DNA of 26,603 nt. Origin: a virus. Lineage: Duplodnaviria > Caudoviricetes. Within the stretch, counting starts at the first letter, position 1. Each line of letters starts with the position of its first letter. Shown in pieces: positions 17,284 through 25,449 of this stretch. The stretch covers positions 1 through 26,603 of the IMG/VR virus record IMGVR_UViG_3300006162_000048, one strand, 5' to 3'. The translations under genes and the position numbers were made by a program. The notes beneath the pieces were generated by a model that did not search any database, had not been told where the DNA came from, and saw only the letters and a list, made by a program, of their open reading frames with translations.

Positions 17284-18059
17284 CCCGTCCGGTCACAGGG
17301 CTGATTATTTTCGAGAACAATTCCAGCAATTCGCTGGTCAATCTCGATTACAACTTCTCCCTGCTCGCCAATGCGATCAATGATCCGGGTTCCTCCTCCA
17401 ACTATGGGGTGGACTCGGGGACCACGAACACAGTCATCGTCACCATATCCGGCCTTGGTCTGTCCTCCTATTCGGATGGGCAGACCTATGCGGTCAAGAT
17501 CGCCAACAACAACACCGCTGCCGCGACGCTCAACATCAACGCCCTGGGAACCAAGAACATCTATGACATGCAGGGCAATGCGGTCGCTGCGGGGATGCTG
17601 GTAGCGGGGCAGATTTGCAACTTCATCTACAACTCCACCCTCAATGCTGGCTCTGGTGGGTTCAACCTGTACACGCCCAACTACTACGGGTTCGTTGGTG
17701 GGCAGGTATTGCTCGGGACGGAGACTGTTCCCTATGCGCTGCCCTTTAACACCAATCTGGTGATCGACGCCTACCAGAGCAACGTGTTCGAGGTCGGGGT
17801 GCTGACGGCAAACTTCACACTCTCCCTTATCAACAGTGCCCCCGTAGGCGGTCTAGCTATCAGCAATGGGCAGACCATATTGGTGTGGCTGGTGCAGGAT
17901 GCGACGGGTGGGCGGGTGGCAACGTGGACTGGGATCAAGTGGCCCGGTGGCAGTGCGCAGACGCTATCCACATCAGCGAACGCTATTGACCTGTTGACCC
18001 TGACGTATCGGAACAGCACGGGGTTCTGGTACGGCAATGTAATGAAGAACTTTTCATGA
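17280..18059 (+). CDS. Tail fibre B (paralog of A, C-terminal QDATGGR..W..IKWPGG domain)
   Basis: First ~130 aa align with fibre A; the C-terminal domain is shared with fibre C. Confidence 0.75.
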   Translation: MTRPVTGLIIFENNSSNSLVNLDYNFSLLANAINDPGSSSNYGVDSGTTNTVIVTISGLGLSSYSDGQTYAVKIANNNTAAATLNINALGTKNIYDMQGNAVAAGMLVAGQICNFIYNSTLNAGSGGFNLYTPNYYGFVGGQVLLGTETVPYALPFNTNLVIDAYQSNVFEVGVLTANFTLSLINSAPVGGLAISNGQTILVWLVQDATGGRVATWTGIKWPGGSAQTLSTSANAIDLLTLTYRNSTGFWYGNVMKNFS

Positions 18060-18955
18060 CCTGGCTCGCACGCACCATGCAGGATGCTCCGCAGCCTCCG
18101 GTTGTGCCATCGTTCATTACCACGGGCGTCGTTGGCGGCGGAACCATTACGTATTCAGGTGGATTTCTCCCAACGGCAGGAACCTACACGAACTACGCGG
18201 GGACTTTCGTATCCACCCCTGGTGGAATTGGGTCATGCCTTGGGTACATGGCGCATGTGGTGTTGATAAATTATGTGGACAATCTTGGGTACAACACCAA
18301 TGGGAACGGAATAACTATCAGCGGTGCTCCCCAGATAGTAGATTCCACAAATGGCGTTGTCTATCACGGGCCGTATGGTGCTGATGCTGGCGCAACCATC
18401 GTCTACTACACTCCACCGCCTCCAACGCCACCGTATATTCAGGAAACCACTGGTGTTTGGATTTATATAGGTTTTGCTCCTGTAGCCACATTCAATACCA
18501 GCAGAACGCTAACAATAACGTGGCCCTCGATTGTCACAGTCGGGGCATCCTATTCGGCTACTAGCGCGTTGTCTGACCTGTACCTTGGGAGCACCAGCAG
18601 AACATTGAGTTCTGGGATGCACGTTGGATCTTCTGCTGGTGGAACATTCTCGGTTGCCTCTGGTGGCACGTATGGACCTACCATTTCCCCAACTGCTGCT
18701 GGCGACATAGTTGTTGGGGGTACGGCAGATGGGCAGACGGCATACTCCGGCTCTGCGCCAACAGCCAATTGGACGCCAGCGCCAGCAGGGTTGGCATACA
18801 ACAAGAATATTGGCAGCTACATTGCGCAGTTCATGGTGGATTACTGCCCTACCATTTCCCCGTTTAACTATAGCCAGATCAGGACGGGTAACTATTCTGG
18901 GCAGAATTTGAGTTCCAACGGTGCATACGGCATCGCCACGATAACGGGGTTCTGA
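18056..18955 (+). CDS. Putative receptor-binding partner protein 1 (paralog of 20405-21310)
   Basis: ATGA overlap; 299 aa, G/T/S/Y-rich; shares GPY..D.G, YIG(F/W)A, VVG and WTPAPAG with 20405-21310. Confidence 0.65.
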   Translation: MTWLARTMQDAPQPPVVPSFITTGVVGGGTITYSGGFLPTAGTYTNYAGTFVSTPGGIGSCLGYMAHVVLINYVDNLGYNTNGNGITISGAPQIVDSTNGVVYHGPYGADAGATIVYYTPPPPTPPYIQETTGVWIYIGFAPVATFNTSRTLTITWPSIVTVGASYSATSALSDLYLGSTSRTLSSGMHVGSSAGGTFSVASGGTYGPTISPTAAGDIVVGGTADGQTAYSGSAPTANWTPAPAGLAYNKNIGSYIAQFMVDYCPTISPFNYSQIRTGNYSGQNLSSNGAYGIATITGF

Positions 18956-20403
18956 TGGCTGTTCCCGGTCTAACCCTGTTTGCAACTGGAACACCGCTAC
19001 AGCCGATCCAGAACTTGAGCAAGCTGCTGGTCCTGCTCGACCAGAACTTTGCCCTGCTCAACACCTACTTTGCCAACCCATCGTGGTTCGTGACCTACTT
19101 TCAGGACACGGGGTTCACCAACAACATCATAGGGACTGTTCCCAACTGGTCGGCTCCTGCTGACGGGTTCATTATTCACGTGAAGGTGCTGACGACCAAC
19201 ACGGGCAACGTCACCATCAACATCAATGGCCTGGGGGCGCATAACGTCTATGCCCGTGGGGGCCTGCCCGCCTATCCGGGGCTGGTGGCCGGTGGGCAGA
19301 TCGTGAGTTTCGAGTGGCTATCGAGCCTCAATGGGGGCTTGGGTGGCTGGCAGCTATACAACAACAACACCTTCCAGGCGCACGGTGGAGGCGTTGTTAG
19401 GGGCAGTGCAGAGCCGGAGTTGGCTGTCACCTTCAATGCCACGCAGACCTTCGACGTATCCAAGAGCAATGTGCAGGCCGTGACGATGACCGGCAACATT
19501 ACCTCGATGACGTTTTCCAACCCGCAGCCAGGGCAGACGGTCAACATCTGGTTCCAGCAGGACAGCACGGGTGGCAGGACGGTGGTGTGGCCCACCAATA
19601 TCAAGTGGGCTGGTGGCACTGCGGGGGCGGTCACATCGACCGCAAACCAGTGCGACCTGCTGATAGCGACCTACCGCAGCGATACGAACTGGTATGCGTA
19701 TCTCGTCAACAACATGTCCACGCAGTACAACACGGCGTTGTTGTACCACTTTGACGAAACCAGTGGATACGTTACCTACGATGCGGTGACGGGTAAATAC
19801 TCCAGCTTAAACACATCGAACATTCCTCCGATCAACTTTTACATCAGTACGGTGCAGAAGAAGTTTGGGGCTTCTTCCGCTAGATTCGATGGGACTGTAT
19901 CGGCGGATGTTTGCTCCCTGAACAATCCCACTGCATCGGCAACAGCCATAACTAATGCCATGACCGGGGCCACATGGACGGTAGAGGGGTTCTTCTGGAT
20001 TATTTCATACGGCGCATCCAATGGCGCGATGTGGTCGTATAACGGGAACTCGTTTAACTTCTACTGTACCTTGTACTTCAATACATCGGGGCAGTTGTAT
20101 TGGGGAAATGGAAGCGGTTTTCCAACGATGATAGGCCCTACAACGGCTGTTTCCACTGGCGCATGGCATCACATTGCCGTTACTAAAAGTGGGACTACAT
20201 TCACGATATGGGTAGATGGCGCGTCTGCCGGAACCATTACTTCCGCAACCACCATCCAACCATCGTCCGACATGAGTATTGGTTCGATATCATTTAATTC
20301 TGGATACACGCCAACCATGTACGTAGACGAGTTCCGAGTAAGCAATATCGCAAGGTACTCGGCTCCATTCACCCCACCGTCTGCTCCATTTTCACTGGAT
20401 TGA
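18955..20403 (+). CDS. Tail fibre C with C-terminal LamG/concanavalin-A-like domain
   Basis: Anchor LVLLDQNF shared with A and B; QDSTGGRTVVWPTNIKWAGG domain; LamG motifs LLYHFDE, WTVEGFFW, WHHIAVTKSG, YVDEFRVSNIARY..FTPP. Confidence 0.85.
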   Translation: MAVPGLTLFATGTPLQPIQNLSKLLVLLDQNFALLNTYFANPSWFVTYFQDTGFTNNIIGTVPNWSAPADGFIIHVKVLTTNTGNVTININGLGAHNVYARGGLPAYPGLVAGGQIVSFEWLSSLNGGLGGWQLYNNNTFQAHGGGVVRGSAEPELAVTFNATQTFDVSKSNVQAVTMTGNITSMTFSNPQPGQTVNIWFQQDSTGGRTVVWPTNIKWAGGTAGAVTSTANQCDLLIATYRSDTNWYAYLVNNMSTQYNTALLYHFDETSGYVTYDAVTGKYSSLNTSNIPPINFYISTVQKKFGASSARFDGTVSADVCSLNNPTASATAITNAMTGATWTVEGFFWIISYGASNGAMWSYNGNSFNFYCTLYFNTSGQLYWGNGSGFPTMIGPTTAVSTGAWHHIAVTKSGTTFTIWVDGASAGTITSATTIQPSSDMSIGSISFNSGYTPTMYVDEFRVSNIARYSAPFTPPSAPFSLD

Positions 20404-20404
20404 C

Positions 20405-21310
20405 ATGGCAAACAATCCAGCAAAAATCAACTCCCTGACCACCGGGACAACCACCGATAGCTATTACAACGGTGCTACGGGGACGACATTCGGATCTGCT
20501 GTGATACCCAATACGACTCTTGGGTATGGACTCGACGTAATCTGCGTTACGTACATGTGTGCGTATAACGCTGGCTACAGCGGTCTTAGCATGAGTTCTC
20601 CCGTAATTACCGATACAACAAATAGCATTACCTACACGGTTAGTGGTGGCGGTCCTTATGCCGGCGATGGTGGGCAAAACCCAAGCAACGGAGCAGCAGG
20701 GGCTTTGTACTGCGGCGCTGCTGTTTACATCGGGTGGGCAGTTATTCCTGTTGCCAAATTGCAGGCCGCAAGGTCTATTACTTGTACCGCTGTTGGCGTG
20801 TATCCACCGTCAGGACATGCTGGATCTGGGCCAGCACATGTATGGATCAACCAGTACACCTTTGCCGGAACCGTTAGCGGGTTGAACTCTGGGATCGTAT
20901 CCAATTCGTACACTCCCACTAGCTGCGCAATGAACAACACGACCACAAGGTATTCACCGTACTTCAACACAACTTTCTACAACGGGTATACCTATCGGAT
21001 TGATTCATACGTCAACTCCCTGGTCGTTGGGGCGTATGTGGACACCATGAATACATGGGCGTCCTACTGCGGTGTTGTTGGGCCTAGTGGTGGCGGTCAG
21101 GCAGCGGGTGCGCCGTCCCCCTTGTGGACTCCTGCGCCAGCAGGAACGATGTTGAGTCAGACAATAGCAACCGGGCCGGGGGCGGCGAACTTCATTGCCG
21201 TAACGCCGAACTTTGATTTTCCCGTGCTGCTCGGGAATAACTGTACCAATGCCTACCCACCCACTATTGCGCAAGCAGGAATAGTTGCGCTGATGTTTTC
21301 TGGATACTAA
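20405..21310 (+). CDS. Putative receptor-binding partner protein 2
   Basis: 301 aa; composition and motifs paralogous to 18056-18955. Confidence 0.65.
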   Translation: MANNPAKINSLTTGTTTDSYYNGATGTTFGSAVIPNTTLGYGLDVICVTYMCAYNAGYSGLSMSSPVITDTTNSITYTVSGGGPYAGDGGQNPSNGAAGALYCGAAVYIGWAVIPVAKLQAARSITCTAVGVYPPSGHAGSGPAHVWINQYTFAGTVSGLNSGIVSNSYTPTSCAMNNTTTRYSPYFNTTFYNGYTYRIDSYVNSLVVGAYVDTMNTWASYCGVVGPSGGGQAAGAPSPLWTPAPAGTMLSQTIATGPGAANFIAVTPNFDFPVLLGNNCTNAYPPTIAQAGIVALMFSGY

Positions 21311-21886
21311 ATGACCTGCCTTCTACACCTGTGTATCTCCCTGCTTGCCGGTTTCACCAGCGAGAGCATCCCGCCCGATGGAACCTGGTGGGAGTATCCC
21401 CAACCGGCACAGTTCAATACCCGTGGGGTGAGCGCAGGGGTGGGCGTTCGAGGGGAAAACTGGTCGGTGACTGTTGAGGAATTGGGGAGGATGACTTCAA
21501 CAGCCGTAGCCTGCGGGAACAACGAACCCATGTGTACCAGCGGGAAGATCCCCTTTTCCCATTTCCTCGGGTCGGAGCATCCATCGGGGGTCTGGGCCAA
21601 CTGGGAGCCTCATTGGGGGCCTGTTTTCGGGCAGTTGGGGGTGGGGCTGGCTTGGCCCCGGTTCTCGATGGCAGTACCCGACTGGAATGATGGGGTAGAC
21701 ACTCCCAGACCCTTATTGGTTGGTAATAATCGGATGGTTTACAGCCCGCTAATCGGTTTTGGGTACTCTGTCAAGAACGTGGATTTGCTAGTAAATTGGA
21801 GGCTGCTGCGGGTGGTCAATTCCAATGTTGACTTCCAGGGGTTAGGGTGGAAGGAAACCGATCTGTCGATAAGGGTGAACTTCTGA
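21311..21886 (+). CDS. Outer-membrane beta-barrel-like protein
   Basis: 191 aa; amphipathic strands (VSAGVGVR, VFGQLGVGLAW, PLIGFGYSV, VDLLVNWRLL) and C-terminal LSIRVNF ending in Phe. Confidence 0.6.
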   Translation: MTCLLHLCISLLAGFTSESIPPDGTWWEYPQPAQFNTRGVSAGVGVRGENWSVTVEELGRMTSTAVACGNNEPMCTSGKIPFSHFLGSEHPSGVWANWEPHWGPVFGQLGVGLAWPRFSMAVPDWNDGVDTPRPLLVGNNRMVYSPLIGFGYSVKNVDLLVNWRLLRVVNSNVDFQGLGWKETDLSIRVNF

Positions 21887-22194
21887 TGATGATTGCTACC
21901 ACGAAACGGTCTACAGACCCGGAACAAGGGAAGGTGTTTTTAGTGAAGAACCTATCCGTTGAGGGGTTAGTTGCCATCCTTGGGGTCATAGGATCGGCTA
22001 TCTACACTGTCGCCTTCCTTTCCGCCGATGTTCGAGAAAACTCCAAGGACATATCCAGCGTCAAGGAATGGGTAGCCCATCATGCTGCCAACGACGACGC
22101 CAAGAACGACAAGTTGAACGAGAAGTTGGATGCCATCAAGGAAGAACTGGACAAGCTGGTGGGTCGCGTAGACGGCCAGAGAAGGGGCTCCTGA
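21886..22194 (+). CDS. Single-TM coiled-coil membrane protein (holin/antiholin candidate)
   Basis: TM segment GLVAILGVIGSAIYTVAFL then a charged coiled coil; directly before the lysin candidate. Alternative GTG start at 21943 has a good RBS. Confidence 0.55.
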   Translation: MMIATTKRSTDPEQGKVFLVKNLSVEGLVAILGVIGSAIYTVAFLSADVRENSKDISSVKEWVAHHAANDDAKNDKLNEKLDAIKEELDKLVGRVDGQRRGS

Positions 22195-22607
22195 TGGACA
22201 TGACCCTATCTCGGTTTGCGGTAGGCCCCAATGGGTCCTTTGGCTATATCAAGAACTGTGATGGAGCGCAGGTTTGCATGTGCGCAGAGCATGCCTACCT
22301 TCAAGACGAGGGGGATCTATGGCTACCAAAAGTACCTCCTGGGAGATACCTGTGTCAGAGGGGTATTCACGTTTTGACCGGAGGCCTGCCGTTCGAGACT
22401 TTCCAAGTGACAGCGGTTCCGGGGCACACGGGGATACTGTTTCACAAGGGGAATCTGCCGGAGATAGACTCGCAAGGCTGTATTCTTCTGGGGTCTGCAC
22501 TTGGTTCCCTAGAGGGGCAATCCGCTGTACTCGGGTCGGCGGATGCGTTTGCCGTATTCATGGGCTTGCAGGCGGGGGTCAACGAGTTTTGGTTGACTGT
22601 TGAGTAA
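22194..22607 (+). CDS. DUF5675-like protein, candidate endolysin
   Basis: PKVPPGRY and VPGHTGILFHKGN....SQGCILLG (His/Cys motif reminiscent of L,D-transpeptidase folds); TGATG coupling. Confidence 0.75.
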   Translation: MDMTLSRFAVGPNGSFGYIKNCDGAQVCMCAEHAYLQDEGDLWLPKVPPGRYLCQRGIHVLTGGLPFETFQVTAVPGHTGILFHKGNLPEIDSQGCILLGSALGSLEGQSAVLGSADAFAVFMGLQAGVNEFWLTVE

Positions 22608-22888
22608 TGTCTGGTGGCTCTGGATTCGCCAATGCACCCCTATCGGTCAACGTAGGGGCGGCGAGCATTAACGTCCTGCCAGCCAACCCTTTTCGCAAGG
22701 GGTTAATCATCGTCAACGTGGGCACCAACTACGTGTTCCTTGGCTGTGAGGACCCCGCAATCCCCAATGGTGGCATAGCCCTAGCCCAGAACGGGGTATG
22801 GAACATGGACCCATACTCCTTCTTCAACGGGGATGTGTTCGCAATCTCCCCCAGTGGCACGACAATAGCCATACAAGAGTTCCAGTAA
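22607..22888 (+). CDS. Small beta-sandwich virion protein (93 aa), possible spike base
   Basis: VLPANPFRKGLIIVNVGTNYVFLG...GIAL..GDVFAIS pattern; coupled to the collagen gene. Confidence 0.65.
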   Translation: MSGGSGFANAPLSVNVGAASINVLPANPFRKGLIIVNVGTNYVFLGCEDPAIPNGGIALAQNGVWNMDPYSFFNGDVFAISPSGTTIAIQEFQ

Positions 22889-24399
22889 TGCCTGTCTACA
22901 ACCCTGGAAGCGGTGGTGGGGGTGGTGTAGGCCCTCAAGGACCGATGGGGCCGCAGGGTCCTATTGGCCTTGGCTTGGACGGCGAGGATGGTGACGATGG
23001 GATGCCCATACCGGGTATTCCTGGGGCGGCAGGAGCGCCCGGAACACCTGGAACACCTGGGGCACCGGGAACAGCCGCCATGCCGATTGCCCTGGACGGG
23101 GCTGATGGCGATGACGGTATGCCCATACCCGGCCCACAAGGACCGCAGGGCTTGCAGGGGATTCCTGGGGCACCCGGAGTAGCGGCGTACCCCATAGCAC
23201 TCGATGGTGCAGATGGGGACGATGGGATGCCTATTCCCGGTATCCCCGGTCCGCCTGGAAACCCCGGCCAGCAGGGTAGTCCCGGTGTTGCAGCGCAACC
23301 AATAGCATTGGATGGTGCCGATGGTGATGACGGTATGCCGATTCCTGGCCCGCCTGGTCCGCAGGGGCCTCCCGGAGTCACGACAAACATCACCACAACG
23401 GCTTTCATCTACCTCGATTCTGACCCTCCCGATGAGCCTGCTGTCGTTCCTGGTCCGCCTGGGGCTACTGGCATTGGCACTACTGGCTCTGCTGGCCCTC
23501 CTGGTCCTGCTGTTTATCTCGAAGCCCCCGAAGCAGATGAGCCGCTAGCCATACCAGGGCCACCTGGGGCGGCTGGCGCTGCCGGGTCTACTGGTGCGCA
23601 GGGTCCTATCGGTCCTGCTGTGTACCTAGAGGCTCCCGAGGCTGATGAGCCAATGATTATTCCCGGCCCCGCCGGGGCTGCGGGGGTTGGAACAACGGGG
23701 GCGCAGGGGCCTACGGGACCTGCCGTGTATCTGGAAGCACCGGACGCAGACGAACCATTCTTCATGCACCAAGGGCCTCAGGGAAGCCCTGGGGTGACAG
23801 GCTCCCAAGGGCCTATGGGACCCTCTGCTCATTTCACCATTGATACTTCGGATGGGGTGGATGTGGCATCGGAAGCCATAAGCCACATCTACGGTGGCGG
23901 CGGGTTTGACCCGGATACGGTCAATGCGGGTGGTTTGACAGCCCTGACGACCATCAACTCGACTGTTACCCCCACGACTGGGGGCATTACCCAGTTAAAT
24001 CAGGTGGCGGCTGTTGGATCGGTTTGGAGGGTGCGGGCGCATGGAACTTTCGTAGCTGTGTCCTCTGCAACAGCACGCAACGCATTGTGCGCCGCATTTT
24101 GGGGGTCAACTTCCCTGACTGTTTTGACAGTAGGAGCCGTTCTCGCTTCCACTGCCCAGACGACAAACTGGGAGTTGGAAATGATCTTGACAGCTTCGAG
24201 TACAACGGCTATTTGGACTACAGGATATTGCAATAACAGGGTGGCCTCGGCAACGCTGGTGGCTACCTCTGGGATCACACCGGCCAGCACTACGGTAACA
24301 GCCGGTCCTCAGACTTTGGATCTACGGTTTTATTCGAGCGTCGCTGTGACCAGCGATTCTTGGTCGGTGCAACAAGTAACAATGGAAAGACTGAAATAG
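22888..24399 (+). CDS. Collagen-like fibre protein with C-terminal globular domain
   Basis: TAATG-coupled start MPVYNPGSGGGGG; interrupted Gly-X-Y repeats to about residue 310; beta-rich C-terminal domain. Confidence 0.88.
   Translation: MPVYNPGSGGGGGVGPQGPMGPQGPIGLGLDGEDGDDGMPIPGIPGAAGAPGTPGTPGAPGTAAMPIALDGADGDDGMPIPGPQGPQGLQGIPGAPGVAAYPIALDGADGDDGMPIPGIPGPPGNPGQQGSPGVAAQPIALDGADGDDGMPIPGPPGPQGPPGVTTNITTTAFIYLDSDPPDEPAVVPGPPGATGIGTTGSAGPPGPAVYLEAPEADEPLAIPGPPGAAGAAGSTGAQGPIGPAVYLEAPEADEPMIIPGPAGAAGVGTTGAQGPTGPAVYLEAPDADEPFFMHQGPQGSPGVTGSQGPMGPSAHFTIDTSDGVDVASEAISHIYGGGGFDPDTVNAGGLTALTTINSTVTPTTGGITQLNQVAAVGSVWRVRAHGTFVAVSSATARNALCAAFWGSTSLTVLTVGAVLASTAQTTNWELEMILTASSTTAIWTTGYCNNRVASATLVATSGITPASTTVTAGPQTLDLRFYSSVAVTSDSWSVQQVTMERLK
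22960..23775 (+). repeat. Eight intragenic acidic motifs separating collagen segments
   Basis: 4x LDG(E/A)DGDDGMPIPG, 1x YLDSDPPDEPAVVPG, 3x PAVYLEAP(E/D)ADEP; copies differ at synonymous sites. Confidence 0.9.
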
Positions 24400-24408
24400 G
24401 AGCCACAC

Positions 24409-24786
24409 ATGGCAGCAAACAAGATTGTACGTTTTGGCCCGGTGGCTCTGACGACCACCTTGACCACCAACATCCTCAACCCAGGAACGACGACTGGTGG
24501 CGTGGGTATGCCTTCTACCTCGACCAACCTGTATTTTGTGATTCGTCACATCCGTATCGTCAACGTAACAGCAGCCCCGGTTACGTTCACGCTTTGTATC
24601 GGCGCTACGGGTGCAACGGCTAGCTCCTCGAACTCGCTCATGGGGTTTGGTTCCTCGGTTGCGGCCAACAGCTATGCGGAGTGGTACGGGATGATCCGCC
24701 TGGACGTTGCCGACTTCCTGGTTGGCGGTGCTGGCACTACAACGGCCCTGACCCTTATCGGAGAGGGCGAGCTTGGCGTGACCTAA
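24409..24786 (+). CDS. Small beta-rich virion protein (125 aa)
   Basis: RBS AGGAG; VIRHIRIVNVTAAPVTFTLCIG beta pattern. Confidence 0.7.
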   Translation: MAANKIVRFGPVALTTTLTTNILNPGTTTGGVGMPSTSTNLYFVIRHIRIVNVTAAPVTFTLCIGATGATASSSNSLMGFGSSVAANSYAEWYGMIRLDVADFLVGGAGTTTALTLIGEGELGVT

Positions 24787-24787
24787 G

Positions 24788-24988
24788 ATGTTCTGGAAGA
24801 ACTGGTTTACGGAGCGCGACAACGCAAGCTGGTGCGTTGTTCGCGCCCTGCTGTCTGCTGGTGGAGTTGCGATGCTGTTTCAGTTTTGCACGCACTCCCC
24901 AACGGAGGAAACCTACAAGTCGTTCGCATTTGGGTTGGCTGCTATTGGTGCTGCCATCGCCGCAAAGAACCAGTCTGAGAAGCAATGA
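24788..24988 (+). CDS. Putative holin (2 TM, 66 aa)
   Basis: Two hydrophobic segments and a charged C-terminus KNQSEKQ; immediately before the spanins. Confidence 0.6.
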   Translation: MFWKNWFTERDNASWCVVRALLSAGGVAMLFQFCTHSPTEETYKSFAFGLAAIGAAIAAKNQSEKQ

Positions 24989-25449
24989 TCTACCTGACAG
25001 TGGCAAAGTATGGGCTGATGGCCCTTTTGGGGGCGGTGATCCTATATTTCGTCTATGCGAGGCCGGAGATTGACCACCTGAACAGTCGTTATGTGGACCT
25101 GGTGGCAGAAGATGCCAAGAAAACAGCGGATTTCTTGAAGCAGGCTGCGGTAAAACAGAAGGAGTTGCAAGATGCGGTCGATGAAGCCCAACGGCAAGCC
25201 CTACTGGATAGACTGGCCCGAGATAACGCTACTCGGACTCTCAATAGCGTTTCTGCAAAGCTGCACGACTACATCGCCTCCGCAACCGCAAGTCTCAGTG
25301 TCGGATTGCCCCAAGGCACCAGTGGTGATGCCAGTATCGCCTCCGCCAAAGCCCTCGGGCTACTGGCAACAAACCTTGACGACTTTGGAAAGCAATGCGC
25401 TGCCGAAGCCGACCGGCTCGGGGACGAGGTAAGACGGCTTGAGAAATGA
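24985..25449 (+). CDS. Rz: i-spanin (Rz-like)
   Basis: N-terminal TM, long Ala-rich coiled coil, C-terminal Cys (KQCAAEADR); contains an embedded lipoprotein ORF. Confidence 0.8.
   Translation: MIYLTVAKYGLMALLGAVILYFVYARPEIDHLNSRYVDLVAEDAKKTADFLKQAAVKQKELQDAVDEAQRQALLDRLARDNATRTLNSVSAKLHDYIASATASLSVGLPQGTSGDASIASAKALGLLATNLDDFGKQCAAEADRLGDEVRRLEK
25172..25432 (+). CDS. Rz1: o-spanin lipoprotein (Rz1-like), embedded in +1 frame
   Basis: AAGGAG RBS 7 nt before the ATG; hydrophobic ITLLGLSIAF followed by lipobox-like LQSC; Pro-rich mature part with a second Cys. Confidence 0.8.
   Translation: MRSMKPNGKPYWIDWPEITLLGLSIAFLQSCTTTSPPQPQVSVSDCPKAPVVMPVSPPPKPSGYWQQTLTTLESNALPKPTGSGTR

Noticed and set aside
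16210-21310. Diversity-generating retroelement or invertible fibre cassette
   Set aside because: No reverse transcriptase or recombinase, no near-identical template/variable repeat pair with adenine-specific mismatches, and all genes on one strand. Similarity is old protein-level paralogy.
22935-23408. Minus-strand Gly/Pro-repeat ORFs
   Set aside because: Reverse-complement artefact of the collagen GGN/CCN codons.
22960-23775. CRISPR-like regularly spaced repeats
   Set aside because: Repeats are in-frame coding with synonymous variation and the spacers are Gly-X-Y codons.
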